A stretch of 64,000 nt of DNA, the filler included, from Jimgerdemannia flammicorona (lineage: Eukaryota): NCBI GenBank assembly GCA_003990765.1. It is 3 parts of 3 records of this genome, joined end to end, with 100 filler letters (N's around TTAATTAATTAA, not from the genome) between each part and the next. Parts side by side here need not be neighbours in the genome. Positions count along the whole stretch, not along the records: positions 21,481 to 42,850 come from RBNJ01001467.1; 2 more parts are not named here. One strand, written 5' to 3'. Below, one piece after another: positions 27,193 to 39,360 of the stretch (position 1 is its first letter; each line of letters starts with the position of its first letter). The translations under genes and the position numbers were made by a program. The notes under the pieces are model-generated. The model saw only the letters and a list, made by a program, of their open reading frames with translations. It had not been told where the DNA came from and searched no databases.

Positions 27193-27961
27193 CTAATCAT
27201 CAAACTCAAGCTCTACCTCCTCAACGAGGTATCCTCCCACAGGTCCCTGCTCCTCCTCAGCTCTCGGCTCCTCCACCTCCTCTGCTTCGAGAACGTACTC
27301 CTCCTCGTGAACGACAGCCTCCTCCTGCTGTACGACCATGGTTTCGCGCTTGTCCTTCTCCACTACCATCGCCTCGCCCTTCTCGGCGGCTGGCACTGTC
27401 GACGACTTGGTGAGCCATTTTATGGGGTTTTTGTTGTAGACAGACCAGGAAGGGATGGTGACCTAGACGAAAAAATCATGGGGCGGCCGTTAGAACATGG
27501 TGTGAGAGCATATGATGGCGGAGAAATAGACGTAGGAGGTGTAGAGAACCATGTCGCACACGCGCGTAACACTTACAATCAAGGAGATGACGAGGCCGAC
27601 AAGGTAGAAGATTAGGGTGAGCTTGAGCGACTGCTGGAGGTATCCGACTACGAAGCCGATCGCCTAGAAAACGATCAAAGTTCCCGTGTAGCTCAGTCTT
27701 ACACGTCCTAATTAAATAGCCGTGGAGCACAGGTCTCACAACGACGTTCCATACGTACCGCGAACCCGATCAAAATGGCTTGCGTCAGGTTCTCGGAGAG
27801 CTTCTGGCCCTCAAAATCCTATTATACACGAAGATGAAGGTTTAGCATTGAAGGAAGCCATGACCTTGCCACGAAAACAAAGCTGCACACCTCCCAGAAG
27901 CCGCAAAGACACTTACAATTCTCCACTCGAACCAGTCGGCAATGGATGAGGCGGAGGACAT
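27193..27961 (-). CDS. SPC1: Signal peptidase complex subunit 1 (SPC12 family), 153 aa
   Basis: Exons 27961-27917, 27818-27759, 27663-27577 and 27462-27193 (GT-AG). Motifs DFEGQKLSE, two hydrophobic segments (GFVVGYLQQS) and IPSWSVYNKNPIKWL. Confidence 0.88.
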
Positions 27962-28502
27962 GTCGATGGTGGGATTGTGGAAAGTGAGAGGAACAAGGAT
28001 TCCGAGTGACGTGGCATAGGTAAATTTGAGGACGTGCGGCTTGGACGTGAAGCCGATGACATCATCACTTATGAAATGTATAGGATCCCTCCCAAAAAAA
28101 AAAAAAAAAAGATACTGATTAATGAGCAAAATAACGAATGTAGATTTCAACAGGTTGAATGAATGTCTCCAAAATGACAAGACAGTGGTAGAGTCGCGAT
28201 GTCCTCATCATAATTGGTCAAAAAATATTGTACAATGTACAAAAGCGATAGCGCAAACAGCCGATTTTTACGCCATCTGCATTCTTTTTTTTTTTTTCTT
28301 TTTCTTTTTTTTCTTTTTCTTTTTTTTCTTTGGGGAGTGTGTGAAGGGGGGCAAATTATTGTTTGTGATCCGGCCATTCCATCATCTACTCTCACCCCAC
28401 CTCCCACTCCCATACTAGGAAACGCAAATCCTACATGCCCAACCTCCATCTTTGCCGCACCCCAAATCCAGCAAAGATCTCATCCCAACCGACTCTCCCC
28501 CT

Positions 28503-30116
28503 CTACAAGAATCTCAATTGTGCCTGCGAGAACTTGATAGGCTGCCAGCTAAGCTTCGTCGGCTCGATACGCCTGGTGGTCTTCCTCTTATGTTTCTCAT
28601 GATCCTGCTGTATCTTATCGCTGATGGCGATGACGTGCTGCCCTTTGTAGTATCTGAGTGCGCCGATGAACTGCAGTGTGTGTAGTATGTCCTGAGTTGT
28701 AATGGCGGTCTTCTGCGAAATCTCCTCGACGGTAATCTCCTCCTGAGTGTTGAGTAGCATCTCGACGATGGTGTCGGCCCAGTAGGCGCGGTAGGAGAGT
28801 AGACCGAGGTCGGAGAGGGGCTTCTCAGGCGAGCCGACCTTGCCCTCGACCCGGGAGAGCTCATAGGAGAAGGCAATGAGGAGCTTGCCGAAGCCCATAC
28901 GCTGCCACTGTGGGAGAGTGAGGATGCAGGCGACGTTGTAGTTCTCGGAGGATTCCTTCTCCTTGGAGAAATAGCCGATGAGATGGCAGCCGACCTCGTC
29001 GCGGAGGGTCATGCAGTAGAAGAGGAAGGGATCGACATCGTAGTAGAGAGTTTTGTGGTCGAGGAAGAGCTTGGAGAGAAGGCAGAGGTTACGGCACCAG
29101 GTTTTCTGCTTGCGGCCGTCGATTTCGAAGAAGGAGATGTCCTGGTGGCGGTAGATTTCGTTGCCTGGTGGATGCTGGAGTTGGCATTTGTTGCGGTGGC
29201 GTTGCAACTGCTTCTTGGAGAGATAGTGGCTCAGACAGAACTCGCAGATGTAAATGGTGTCGGCGTGAGCGTACTCGGGCGGGTAGGGCGAGAAGTACCA
29301 GGTCTCAACCTCGTGCTTGCCGATCTGGATGCGGTTTAGGTTTTTGATGCGCGAAATCTCGTTCACGCACTGCGTCATTGAGCCCGATGTGCGCAGCTTT
29401 TCAATCTCCTTGTCCTTGGAGAACCCCGAGACGGGTCCGGGGTCCGCGGACTTCTCCGTCGACTCGTCCCCGTCGAGCATCATGTTGTCCTCCTCCCCGC
29501 TCTCTGCATCCTCCTCAACTTTCACCAGCTCCTTGCCTTCCTGGTCGGGCCCCATCGGGCTTGAGTCGCCCGCCTCCTCCTCCACGAACTTGCGTTTGTT
29601 GGGCGTTGTCGTCGGCGCGGGGCTCGCCGCCGCGTTGGGCGTGGAAGGATTGGCCGGGGATGCGGTCGAGTTCTTAGCCATGGCGGCTTTGGCCTTACGC
29701 CCCTTGGCCGCCTTCATGGGCGACTCCGGAGGCGGCGTGTCCATAGATTCCTTGCCATGGCCGAGCCCACTCTTGGTCTTTTTGGTTTTGGGGTAGACGA
29801 TCTCCATGGTTAAGTCTAGCTGGTCGACCTTCACCCACGAGTCCAAGCGTTTGTTGTACGAGACATAGTGGACGTAGTACTCGAGTTGCGTCGGATCGTC
29901 GGGCGAGACGCGCGTCATCAGAACCTCGGCCTGGAGCGGTTCCGGCAGCCTCTTGACGGTGACGACGCAACCGGGTGTCACGCTCTGGATCGTCTGGGCC
30001 TGAGGAGTCGAAATGGCGGAGGAAGCGAGGGGGGTGCCGGCACCAGAGACGGCGGGGCTGACGCTCCGCGTGCGATCCCGGCGTGCGGGTGAGCCGACGG
30101 ACAGCGTATCAGGCAT
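28503..30116 (-). CDS. ESA1: MYST-family histone acetyltransferase Esa1/Tip60 (~537 aa)
   Basis: Tudor-knot YYVHYVSYNKRLDSWV, KLRTSGSMTQ, WYFSPYP, C2HC finger, HKTLYYDVDPF, NYNVACILTLP, GSPEKPLSDLG. Start placed at MPDTLS (30116); the ORF is open further upstream. Confidence 0.95.
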   Translation of the reverse strand: MPDTLSVGSPARRDRTRSVSPAVSGAGTPLASSAISTPQAQTIQSVTPGCVVTVKRLPEPLQAEVLMTRVSPDDPTQLEYYVHYVSYNKRLDSWVKVDQLDLTMEIVYPKTKKTKSGLGHGKESMDTPPPESPMKAAKGRKAKAAMAKNSTASPANPSTPNAAASPAPTTTPNKRKFVEEEAGDSSPMGPDQEGKELVKVEEDAESGEEDNMMLDGDESTEKSADPGPVSGFSKDKEIEKLRTSGSMTQCVNEISRIKNLNRIQIGKHEVETWYFSPYPPEYAHADTIYICEFCLSHYLSKKQLQRHRNKCQLQHPPGNEIYRHQDISFFEIDGRKQKTWCRNLCLLSKLFLDHKTLYYDVDPFLFYCMTLRDEVGCHLIGYFSKEKESSENYNVACILTLPQWQRMGFGKLLIAFSYELSRVEGKVGSPEKPLSDLGLLSYRAYWADTIVEMLLNTQEEITVEEISQKTAITTQDILHTLQFIGALRYYKGQHVIAISDKIQQDHEKHKRKTTRRIEPTKLSWQPIKFSQAQLRFL

Positions 30117-30644
30117 AGGAAGTATGGGGGTGTAATTGTCCGAGATGTGGATGAGATCTAGGACATCAACAGTCAGCAATTGTGCTAAACGTATTTTTAT
30201 TTCTGAATTCCGTGCTTCAGAGCTGTGACAACAAGCAATTGGCAAGCACGTTCTTCAAGACTGGCCCAACCAACACAATCAACACACCTGCAAGTGCAAC
30301 AATGTGCGTATTATAGGGCGCTTCGTCCACAGGATTCCTTACTCAAGTATAAAAATTTGTTCAGTGGGTTTATTGGTGTATACCGAGATAGAATATGCTG
30401 GGATCTTGGCACGCCGTGGTTCAGTGCTCGGCGTAGCGAAGTGTATGGGTTTTACTGCGGTATGGCGTTCGTTTGTTGACTTTTCCTCCAAGGTGCATAC
30501 GTCACCGCCCGTCTGGTCACCTGATCAACCACAAAAATCACGCAATTTTCCTCTGCTATTACGATGAAGAGGTCAACCCAAACACGAACGTATGGTCTAA
30601 CCTGTATACAACTGACCTGGCTGGCAAGTTGGAGAGTCAGGGGC

Positions 30645-32731
30645 AGGTATGATAATAATAAGAATGCTGAAAACTAAACTTTATAATATATATATATTAT
30701 TAATTATTATAGAATCTATTATAACTAGAGTTTTATAATCTAATCTGATAATTGAGCTGACTCAGAAATTTACAAACCCAGAAAATGGTCAACTCAGAAA
30801 TCTATGAAATCTGAAACAGATTAAAAAAAAATAGCCAATTAATCTTTGAATTTAATCTTTATTTTTAAATCCAATTTATCTTAAAACTTAATTTATCTTT
30901 AAAACCTAATCTGAAATCTCTTAAGATTTAATTTATAATCTAACATAAGATCTGATCTGATCCAAAAACTGTTTTTAAAATAAAATATTTATAAAATATT
31001 TATTTATTTTAGTTTATATAAAAATATTCTCATATTATAATAGTAGTTAATAGCTTAGAAGAAATTAGATCTAAAGAGTTCTGAGATCTCCAACCTATTC
31101 TCTTCTTTTATCTTATCTTCTTTATTATTTAGATAATCTATTTTATCTTAGCTCTCTACTATATACTCTTATCTCTTAATACTAACTATATATATATAGA
31201 CTGAATCTCTTATAATTTATATTTAAAGATATTTTCTTTTTAAATTTATATATATATTAGACTTCTGGAGTCTAGTCAGAAATATTAAAGTAACTTAAAT
31301 ATTATTATTAAAAACTTAGAAAAATATATATAGAGGAGACTTCTTATATTTTATAATAAACTAAGAGTTAATTTATTTTAATACAATTACTAGAGTATTT
31401 ATATATATTAGTTAAATAATAGTTTATATATTTTAGCTAACTAATTTGATATATAACTACTCTATTTACTCTTTAGGCAAATATGCTATTTATATTCAGA
31501 ACAAATAGACTATTTGTTTTTAGAACAAATGATTTATTAGTTAGATAATATAACTAAATATTATTTATATTATTATTATTCCAAATGTTTAGAAAGTTTA
31601 GTATATTATTTTTTATATCTTATTTATATTTTTTTGATCTTTTTATATATTACACATTTATAATATTATTGCTAAGTCATATGATTACTATTTATAGTAT
31701 ATATATTATTATACTTATTTACTATATAATTCTTATTATATTCTTTTCTCTTTAGAAATTAATATCTTTATTAATTTTTATACTACTTATTTAAAGTTAA
31801 ATATTAGTAGAAATATATCATTCTTATTCTTATTATCAGCATTATTATAGTTACTAGATAAATCTATAGATATATATCAATATTCAGTATAGAAAATTAA
31901 TAAAATCTATAAATAGTTCTTACTAGTCTAAGACTGTCTAAAATAGAGTTAGAGATTTTTATCTAATATAGTTAAGGCTATCTATATAGAGAACTTAGTC
32001 TTCATTCTTTATTATATTTATTTGAATAAATAGTTCTTCAAAAAGATTAGAGAGGTCTTAAATCTATTGGTCAGAGTTGTTATTTAGAATAAAGCTTCAA
32101 TAGGATTTATAGTTTTGGTTTTAAAAGAGATCTAGAAGTAAGCTTCAGTGATTACTCTTGACTTAAGTTTATCAATCTTAAGAAAGAAGAGATTCTGAAA
32201 GTTTATTATTTATATAAAGTTAAGATTGAGAATAATGTAGAGAGTATGCTAGAAAACTTGATAAATTTTCTTATAATTTACTCAATAGAGAGTTCTTTAT
32301 AATATTGATAGATATAATGACTAATTTTATACTTATACTAGATTTTTAAATAGCTAATAAACTAATAGACTCTTTTAATAATTTTATAATAGTTGAGAAT
32401 AAAATATCTCAGATTCTAACTAGTGAGGTTAAGAGTCTTAAAGAGATAATTCCTTTCTTATAGTAATCTTAATATATGATCAAAAAGTTACTCTATATTA
32501 TTTAGAAAAGACTGGCTTTAGTAAACTATCTGATAGAGATAGGAGAATTAAAGGAGTATCTTTGTAGATTTTTTAAGAGATGATATTTATTACTTATCTT
32601 TTTATCTAGTATTTATATTTTTTTTCTAGTTAGTATTTTGTAGTAGTTATGACTGCTCTCTGCTTCAGTCTTATTATTATATATAACTGTTTATTTTATT
32701 CTATTTTTGAACAAATAACCTACTTATATAA
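30645..32731. other. Extremely AT-rich decayed repeat/transposon-derived DNA, unclassified
   Basis: Sharp compositional switch at ~30650 with almost no CpG. No motif could be recovered by eye. Confidence 0.45.
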
Positions 32732-33234
32732 TGTAATATAGTGGATGCTAAGATGGGCAAGTATGTTGGATTTCTTTATCTTGAATTCTTGTCTTCTTGA
32801 CTCTCAGAGTTAGTAGTTCCTTGAGGCCAAATATGTTTAAAGAGGTAATCCAAAGGTCCTTTTATCAGTATACTTGTTCTTTTTCTAATACTTTTCGATC
32901 TGAGGTTTATTCACTCTAAGATACTGGGTTATTTATATAAGTTTGCTAGCTATGAGAGGGTGGCTAAGTAATAAATAAGTCATTTGGACTTTGTTGAAAT
33001 ATTTGGTCAATGTCTAAATACTATACTAAATCAGGACATTCGATTTAGATAATGTCTAAGAATTTAGACAATGTCTAAGAATTTAGACAATGTCGAAATT
33101 AAGGACTACTAACTATAAGGCTATACTACTTTGGAACTGGGTGCGATCAAGTGTCTATTCCCTATTTCCTTCTTCCAAATTTGGTTATACCATCACAACT
33201 TCCTCCTGAATAGATGGTCTCATCCCTGAGGCAT

Positions 33235-33696
33235 CTATTCAAACTCCCAGGCTTCAACCATCTGTATGGTCTTGTACTATATAATTTGCTGCATGACTAT
33301 TTCCCAATGATGTCTTCTCACTTTCTCGAAGTTTGTGGGGGTTACTCCTCTCAGGTGGTCTATTGCTGGTTCATCTTCTTAGAATAACTTGTGGATCCTT
33401 TTGGCAATAGTGATCTGTGAGTGGGAGAGTTGACACTCGGCAATCCAGTCCTCTTTGGTCTTTACTAGATCCTGATTGAGCACCTGTCCAAGCTTGAAGT
33501 ACTCTTGGAATTCTGCCTGATATTGATAGGCTCTAAAGTGCGAGATCTGAGAGAGATGAGTCTGCACAATACTCTGAATATCATCATAGTATGCTTCTAT
33601 AGTCAGAGGCTTAGTGGTGTGCCATTGTCTTTTGATGGCTCTTTGGGCAGCACTAGTGATCTTGAGTACCATTGTGGTACTTCGGTTATTGGCCAT
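33235..33696 (-). pseudogene. Accessory ORF-X of family E (~153 aa, two C->T stops)
   Basis: MANNRSTT...EYFKLGQVL...SHSQITIAKRIHKLF*EDEPAIDHLRGVTPTNF...WEFE, located between the integrase and the PPT. A decayed homologue is at ~40290-40746. Confidence 0.7.
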
Positions 33697-36600
33697 GGTA
33701 CTTCTTGAGTTGGTTTTGATAAATGGTGGTAGGGATTATTGTGCCTGAGGGCTTTCATAGCCAGAAAGTAGTCCCTTTTATATCTTGTACCAGATAAGGT
33801 CCTTCCTACTTGGGCTCCAGTTTTCATGACCAAGAAGCTTCTACTATGTTCTGATATACTAGGACTTCATCTCCTATCTTGATAATCTCCAGGGGCTTGT
33901 GGGTTTTTTCTGCATTATTCCATTGTAGTGCCTGCACCTTGATTATATAATTCTCTGCCTTTTTCCTTATTTGATGCAATCTCCATATCTCTGTATCCAC
34001 ATGCTTCCAGATTGCGTCATTAGTTACTGACAAACTTCTACCAGAATCTTCTTCACTGAATAGTATTTCTCATGGTATAAAATGGGTGCTTTGTGATCAT
34101 ATATCCCACAGAGTGGATAATGCTATTGGTAGATAGTGGTCCCAGTTTCCATATTCATTACAGATCTTGGTAATGATATTCTTGAGGGTCTTATTGGTTC
34201 TTTCTGCTTGTCTATTTCCTTATAGGTAATAGGCTGTGGTCTTGATGTATTGGATCTTGTACTTCTTGTAAAGAACCTCATGGAACTGGTTGATGAATTC
34301 TGTTCCTCTGTCTGTAGTAACTTGCTTTGAGGTCTTGAATTGGCAGATGATTTCTCTGTGAAAGAAATTGGCAATTGACTATGCATTGGCTTCCTTGAGG
34401 GGTCCGGCCTCTATCCATTTTGTAAATAGATCCACTATTATAATGACATATCAGTTACCAGTTAATGTCAGGGGTAGAGGGCCAATTACATCCATTGCAA
34501 TGTGGGCAAATGGTATTGGTTTGATGTCTGCTGATCCAGGGGCTTGATCCCATCAGTCTTGTTTCTGTTTCTGGTATTTATCACAGGTCCTGACAAATTG
34601 TCTGATATCTTCTTCCATTCTGGGCCACCAAATAGTTCTTCTCACTTTGTCATATGTATTTGTTCCTCCTACATAACCCTGTTCATGTACTTCTTTCATT
34701 ACTTGATTCTTCCACAGCTCAGAGATGACTAATTGTTGTCCTTTCTTGAGTATTTCTCCATCAGTTTCGAATTGTTTCCATGTCCAATTAATAATTGTTT
34801 TTGTCCATTCTTTCAGATGTGGGGGCATCTTTCGCTGCCCCAGATAGCTGATGATTCTGTAGTACAGCTCCTTATTTATAGTGATTTTGTGGAGGTGAGA
34901 TCCTTCAGGGTGTCCATGAGAGGGTGTCGGCATTGGTGTTGGTTCTTTCAGGGTGGTGGGTGATTGTGGCATTGTATGCCTGCAGCTTCATGATCCATCG
35001 AGCATAGATTCCTTTGGGCTTGCTGGTAGTGAGCAACCAGGTGAGTGCTGAGTGATCTGTCTGGATAGTGAAGTGTCTTCTAGCCAGGTAGTAGTGGAAC
35101 TTCTCTACAGCCCAGATAACTGCAAGGCATTCCAGCTTATAAGACTCATAGGACTGCTCTGCCCTACAAGTACCTTGGCTGAGATAGGCTACTACAAATT
35201 TGGTACCATTTTTCTTTTGTGCAAGGACAGCTCCAAGTCCCATTGCACTGGCATCTGTTTGCAGAATAAACTCCTGAGTCTAGTCCAGTCTTCTCAAGAT
35301 TGGGGTCTGGGTTAATCTGGTCTTGAGCTCATAAAGGCTAGTTGCTGCTGCTGAGTCCACTGGAACTTAACCTCTTTTCTGAATAGATTATAGATAGGGC
35401 TGGTGATGTGGGAGAATCCTCTAATAAATCTTCTATAGTAGGATGTAAGTCCCATGAAGGCTTGGGCTTCCATAATACTGGTAGGTACTAGGTATGCTGC
35501 CACTGCCTTGATCTTTGTGGGGTCTGTGTGTGTTCCTTTACAGTTGATAATATGTCTGAGGTATGCGATCTCTTCTTCTCCAAACTTGCATTTCTTGGGC
35601 TTGATGTAGAGGCTATGTTTGTGAAGCCTTCTGAGGATTTCCTCAATATGTTCCAAGTACTCCTTGGCTGTTCGGCTGAAGATGACCATATCATCTATAT
35701 ATACCATCATCCATTTTTCCATAACATCTCTGAAGATGCTGTTTATCATTTACTGGAAGCTTACTGGTGCATTGTACATTCCAAAGGGCATGCAGAGATA
35801 GACATAGGTTCCATCAGGGGTGATGAAGGCTGATCTTTTGCTGGCTTCTGGTGTAAGGCCAATTTGGTAGAATCCTGAGAACAGATTCAAGGTGGTGTAG
35901 AATCGTGATTCATTCTCCAGCATGATGAGAATATCGCCAATATTTGGCAATGGTTGTCTGTCCTTCTCTGTGACCTTGTTGAGTCTTCTATAGTCTGTGC
36001 AGAGTCTTGATATAAATTCTCCTGGTTGGCTTCCTTTCTTTGGTGTAAGGACAATGGGGGAGAACCAAGGACTGTTGGCTTCTTTAATGATACCGGATTC
36101 CTCCATTTCCTTGATCTCTGTCTTGAGCCATTCTCTGTATGCTGGTGGAATGGGGTGGGCCTTCTGATAGATTGGCTTTGCATTTCCAGTATTGATATCA
36201 TGATAATACAAAGGTTTCTTGGTTTTGATGTCCTTGAAATCTATGGCCAGTATATCCTCGAATGTATGCAAGAGGCTCTGCAATTCTTCTCTAAGGGGAA
36301 AGTTTCTTCCAATTGTATAGGTGTGTTTGTCTTGGCTTTCCTCCTTCTTGTGCTCCAATTCGGTGATCTTAGTTGCTGCAAGGACTCCTCTTCCTATAGA
36401 GCTGAATCCAGCTCTCCCTCACTGAGTTTGTCTGATGTTTGTGACCTCCTTGATTCTTGGATTAAGGACAGGTAGGATGAGCATTTGTGCCAGCCGATCC
36501 TTCTTCCTTACTTCAAATGGGATTGTTGGGTTGTGGTTTCTGGTGAGGAGAAGGATTTCTCCAGTATAATCTGAATCAATGACTCCTCCTTCTATAGATA

Positions 36601-38842
36601 TTTCGCTTTTTGCCAGGCTACTCCTTGTCTTGAGGATTCCAACATGGTTTGGTGGGATGGTTACTTCAATTCCTGTTCCTAGAATGGTAGTGGTCTGTGG
36701 TTCGAGTATTGTATGTATAGTAGTAGATAGGTCCATTCCAGCTGCATTCTCTGACTTATACTGTAGTATAACTACATCAGGGTGAATCCTTTGTATCTTG
36801 ACTGTAATATCATCACTGTCATCCAATAACTCTGGTGGTCCATCTTCTAGTTCCTCCTGGTTCTTCTTTGGCTTGTTGGTAATCTTTTTTACCTCAATGA
36901 TACAAGAGTAGCAACGATCCAAGTGCTGGGCACAGTACATTCTTTCACCATGGGGGCACCTTCTTAGTGGGGCATATCCATCTGTGATTCTTGTATACTA
37001 TTCTTCCTCTGTCAATTGCTTGCCTTTTTCTTTCTTTGTAGTAACTATGTAGGCTTCTTCTTCTTGGTCTTCCTCTATCTTGGGGTGGACTCCTTTGTGG
37101 ACATTGATGGGAATTCTGATCTTCTTTCCCTAGTAGACAATCTGTATCTTCTGTGCACTGAGGTCAATCATTGCCTTGGCTTTATGAAGCCATTGATTGC
37201 TGATGAGGATATCATAGTTGGTTGCATTGGTGATGATGATATCCATGGAGATAGTGGCCTCTCTGAACTTGATTAGTATGTCTCAAATCTTTCCCAAGGA
37301 TGTTGCTCATATTCCATCAGCTGTGACAAATACCAGTTTGGTGGCTTCTTCTATCTCCCAGCCTAGGCGGTCTACTGCTTTCTTGGTGATGAGACATCCT
37401 CCTACTCCCATATCAATAATGGCTTCAAAGACTTGATCCTCGATCTGGCAGATAGTATAGACTGATGTTTTCTGATTATCTTCACTCTCTTCATCTGAAT
37501 CTTCTTGTGCATTATTGGCTTTGATTATTTTCCAACCTTGGTCTTTGCCGATATCTGAGATTCCTATTCTCATTTGTTGTCTGAAGGTTGGGATTTCTGC
37601 TAGTTAGCCGAAGGTTGTATTGACCTTTTGGTCCTTGAGGTCCTTGAAGATATCATACTTGAAGGTCTTGCTCTTACACAATTTCTGCTCCTTCTTTCCT
37701 TCACTTGATGGGGTGGTGTTTCTGATGATATCTTCTACTGCTCGTTCAAGTTCAGCATCTTGTTCCAGCTCCATATCTTGATCAGCTTCGCTCTGCTGGT
37801 TCTCTTTTTCGATGACTGTTTCTGGTTGTCTTGTTTGTGTCTAGGCCTTCTTAGGAGGTCTGCCTGGAGGTCTTTTGTAGGGACTGGATCAGACATCCTT
37901 CTTGCTTGAGATGGCAGGGTAAGCTTCTCATTCCTCCCTCTCTTCCTCAGATTCTTCAATCTCCTCAAAGGTGATAGTGTTTGCCTGCTTGCATTTTCTG
38001 GTTGCATTGCTTGGATTGGCCTTTCGCTTGGTTTCTATCATATATTCGGAGGCATAGTGGCCTTCTTCTTTACAGTTGTAGCATATTATTGATTGTCTTG
38101 TATTTGTAGTGGTAAACTTCTATACTGGCTTCTTCTTGAACTCTTTGACTATGTCACTGAGGTGTACAGTCATTTCTGTGAACTGTTTGGCCAGTTCCTC
38201 CATTGGGTCAACCTTTCTCTGTTCTTGTGGTTGTTATTGAGTATTTTGGTTGACTATGGTAGCTGGGACTGTATTGGTGACCCTTGGTGCTTGCTCAATT
38301 TTTACTCTTGTTATCCTTTCTATTGTATGGCCTTGAGGGTGTCTGGCAGTCCAGTATCTTTGGGCATAGGTAACCTTCTGACCCAGGTCTAGAGCCATTG
38401 GGGTAGATCAGATAGCTAAAGCGATTTCTTGATGAATGCCTTTCATGAAGATATTCTTGGCCACTTGGTCTTGAACTGCATCAGGGTAGTCAGCAAGAAC
38501 TATTTGATGTCAGATTCTTATATAGAATGTGTTTGGGTCTTCAGACATTCCTTAGTAGATAGTATTCAGTTGATCCTTGAGTGCTTGTTTGATTTCATCT
38601 GTGTAATAGGTTGCTTGGAGCCAGGCCTTAAAAGCTAGGAGTCTTGCTGGATCATCATTTCCCACAATATTAGCTGCAGTGAATGCAGTTCTCACTGGAC
38701 CTCTTAGGCTTACAGAGAGTAGGGCTACTTATTGTGTTGTACTTAAAATTCTTATGGCAGCATACTGCTTGAAATCATCAATGAAGATGATGATTAATTC
38801 ATTAGAGGTGTATCCATAGAATATGGGTGGTCTTATATCCAT
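33603..38842 (-). pseudogene. gag-PR-dUTPase-RT-RH-IN of family E
   Basis: Knuckle CYNCKEEGHY at ~38050-38090, PR AIIDxGxGGC, dUTPase AAGMDLS / GGVIDSDYTGEI / RLAQML (~36400-36800), RT MPFGMYNAP / YIDDMVIF, RH LECLAVIWAV / TDHSAL, IN zinc-finger and core. No chromodomain seen. Confidence 0.9.
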
Positions 38843-39260
38843 TTTGTCTGATTGTGTTAAGTGGGTTCTTATTGCGGTTATTCATTGATCAGCTTGAAAG
38901 TGAGGGATTTGTCTTGAATCACCAGCCAATGGGCACCAAGTTGTAACATAGTGGATGCTAAGATGAGCAAGTATGTCAGATTTCTTTATCTTGAATTCTT
39001 GTCTTCTTGACTCCCAGAGTTGGTAGTTCCTTGAGGCCAAATGTGTTTAAAGAGGTAATCCGAAGGTCCTTTTATCAGTATACTTGTTCTTTTTCTAACA
39101 CTTTTTGATCTGAGGTTTATTCACTCTAAGATACTGGATTATTTATACAAGTTTGCTAGCTATGAGAGGGTGGCTAAGTAATAAATGAGTCATTTGGACT
39201 TTGTTGAAATATTTGGTCAATGTCTAAATGCTATACTAAATTGGGATATTCAATTTGGAT

Positions 39261-39360
39261 AATGTCTAAGAATTTAGACAATGTCTAAGAATTTAGACAA
39301 TGTCTAAGAATTTAGACAATGTCTAAGAATTTAGACAATATCTAAGAATTTAGACAATGT
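39261..39360. repeat. 19-bp tandem repeat AATGTCTAAGAATTTAGAC x5 in the family E 5' LTR (x2 at 33051-33092)
   Basis: Read directly. The 57-bp length difference between the LTRs equals three units. Confidence 0.95.

Noticed and set aside
23056..29970. Many overlapping or antisense ORFs in the gene island
   Set aside because: Shadow frames of GC-rich coding exons with no independent motifs.
39261..39360. Palindromic repeats resembling a CRISPR array
   Set aside because: Units are head-to-tail with no spacers, there are no cas genes, and they lie inside an LTR.
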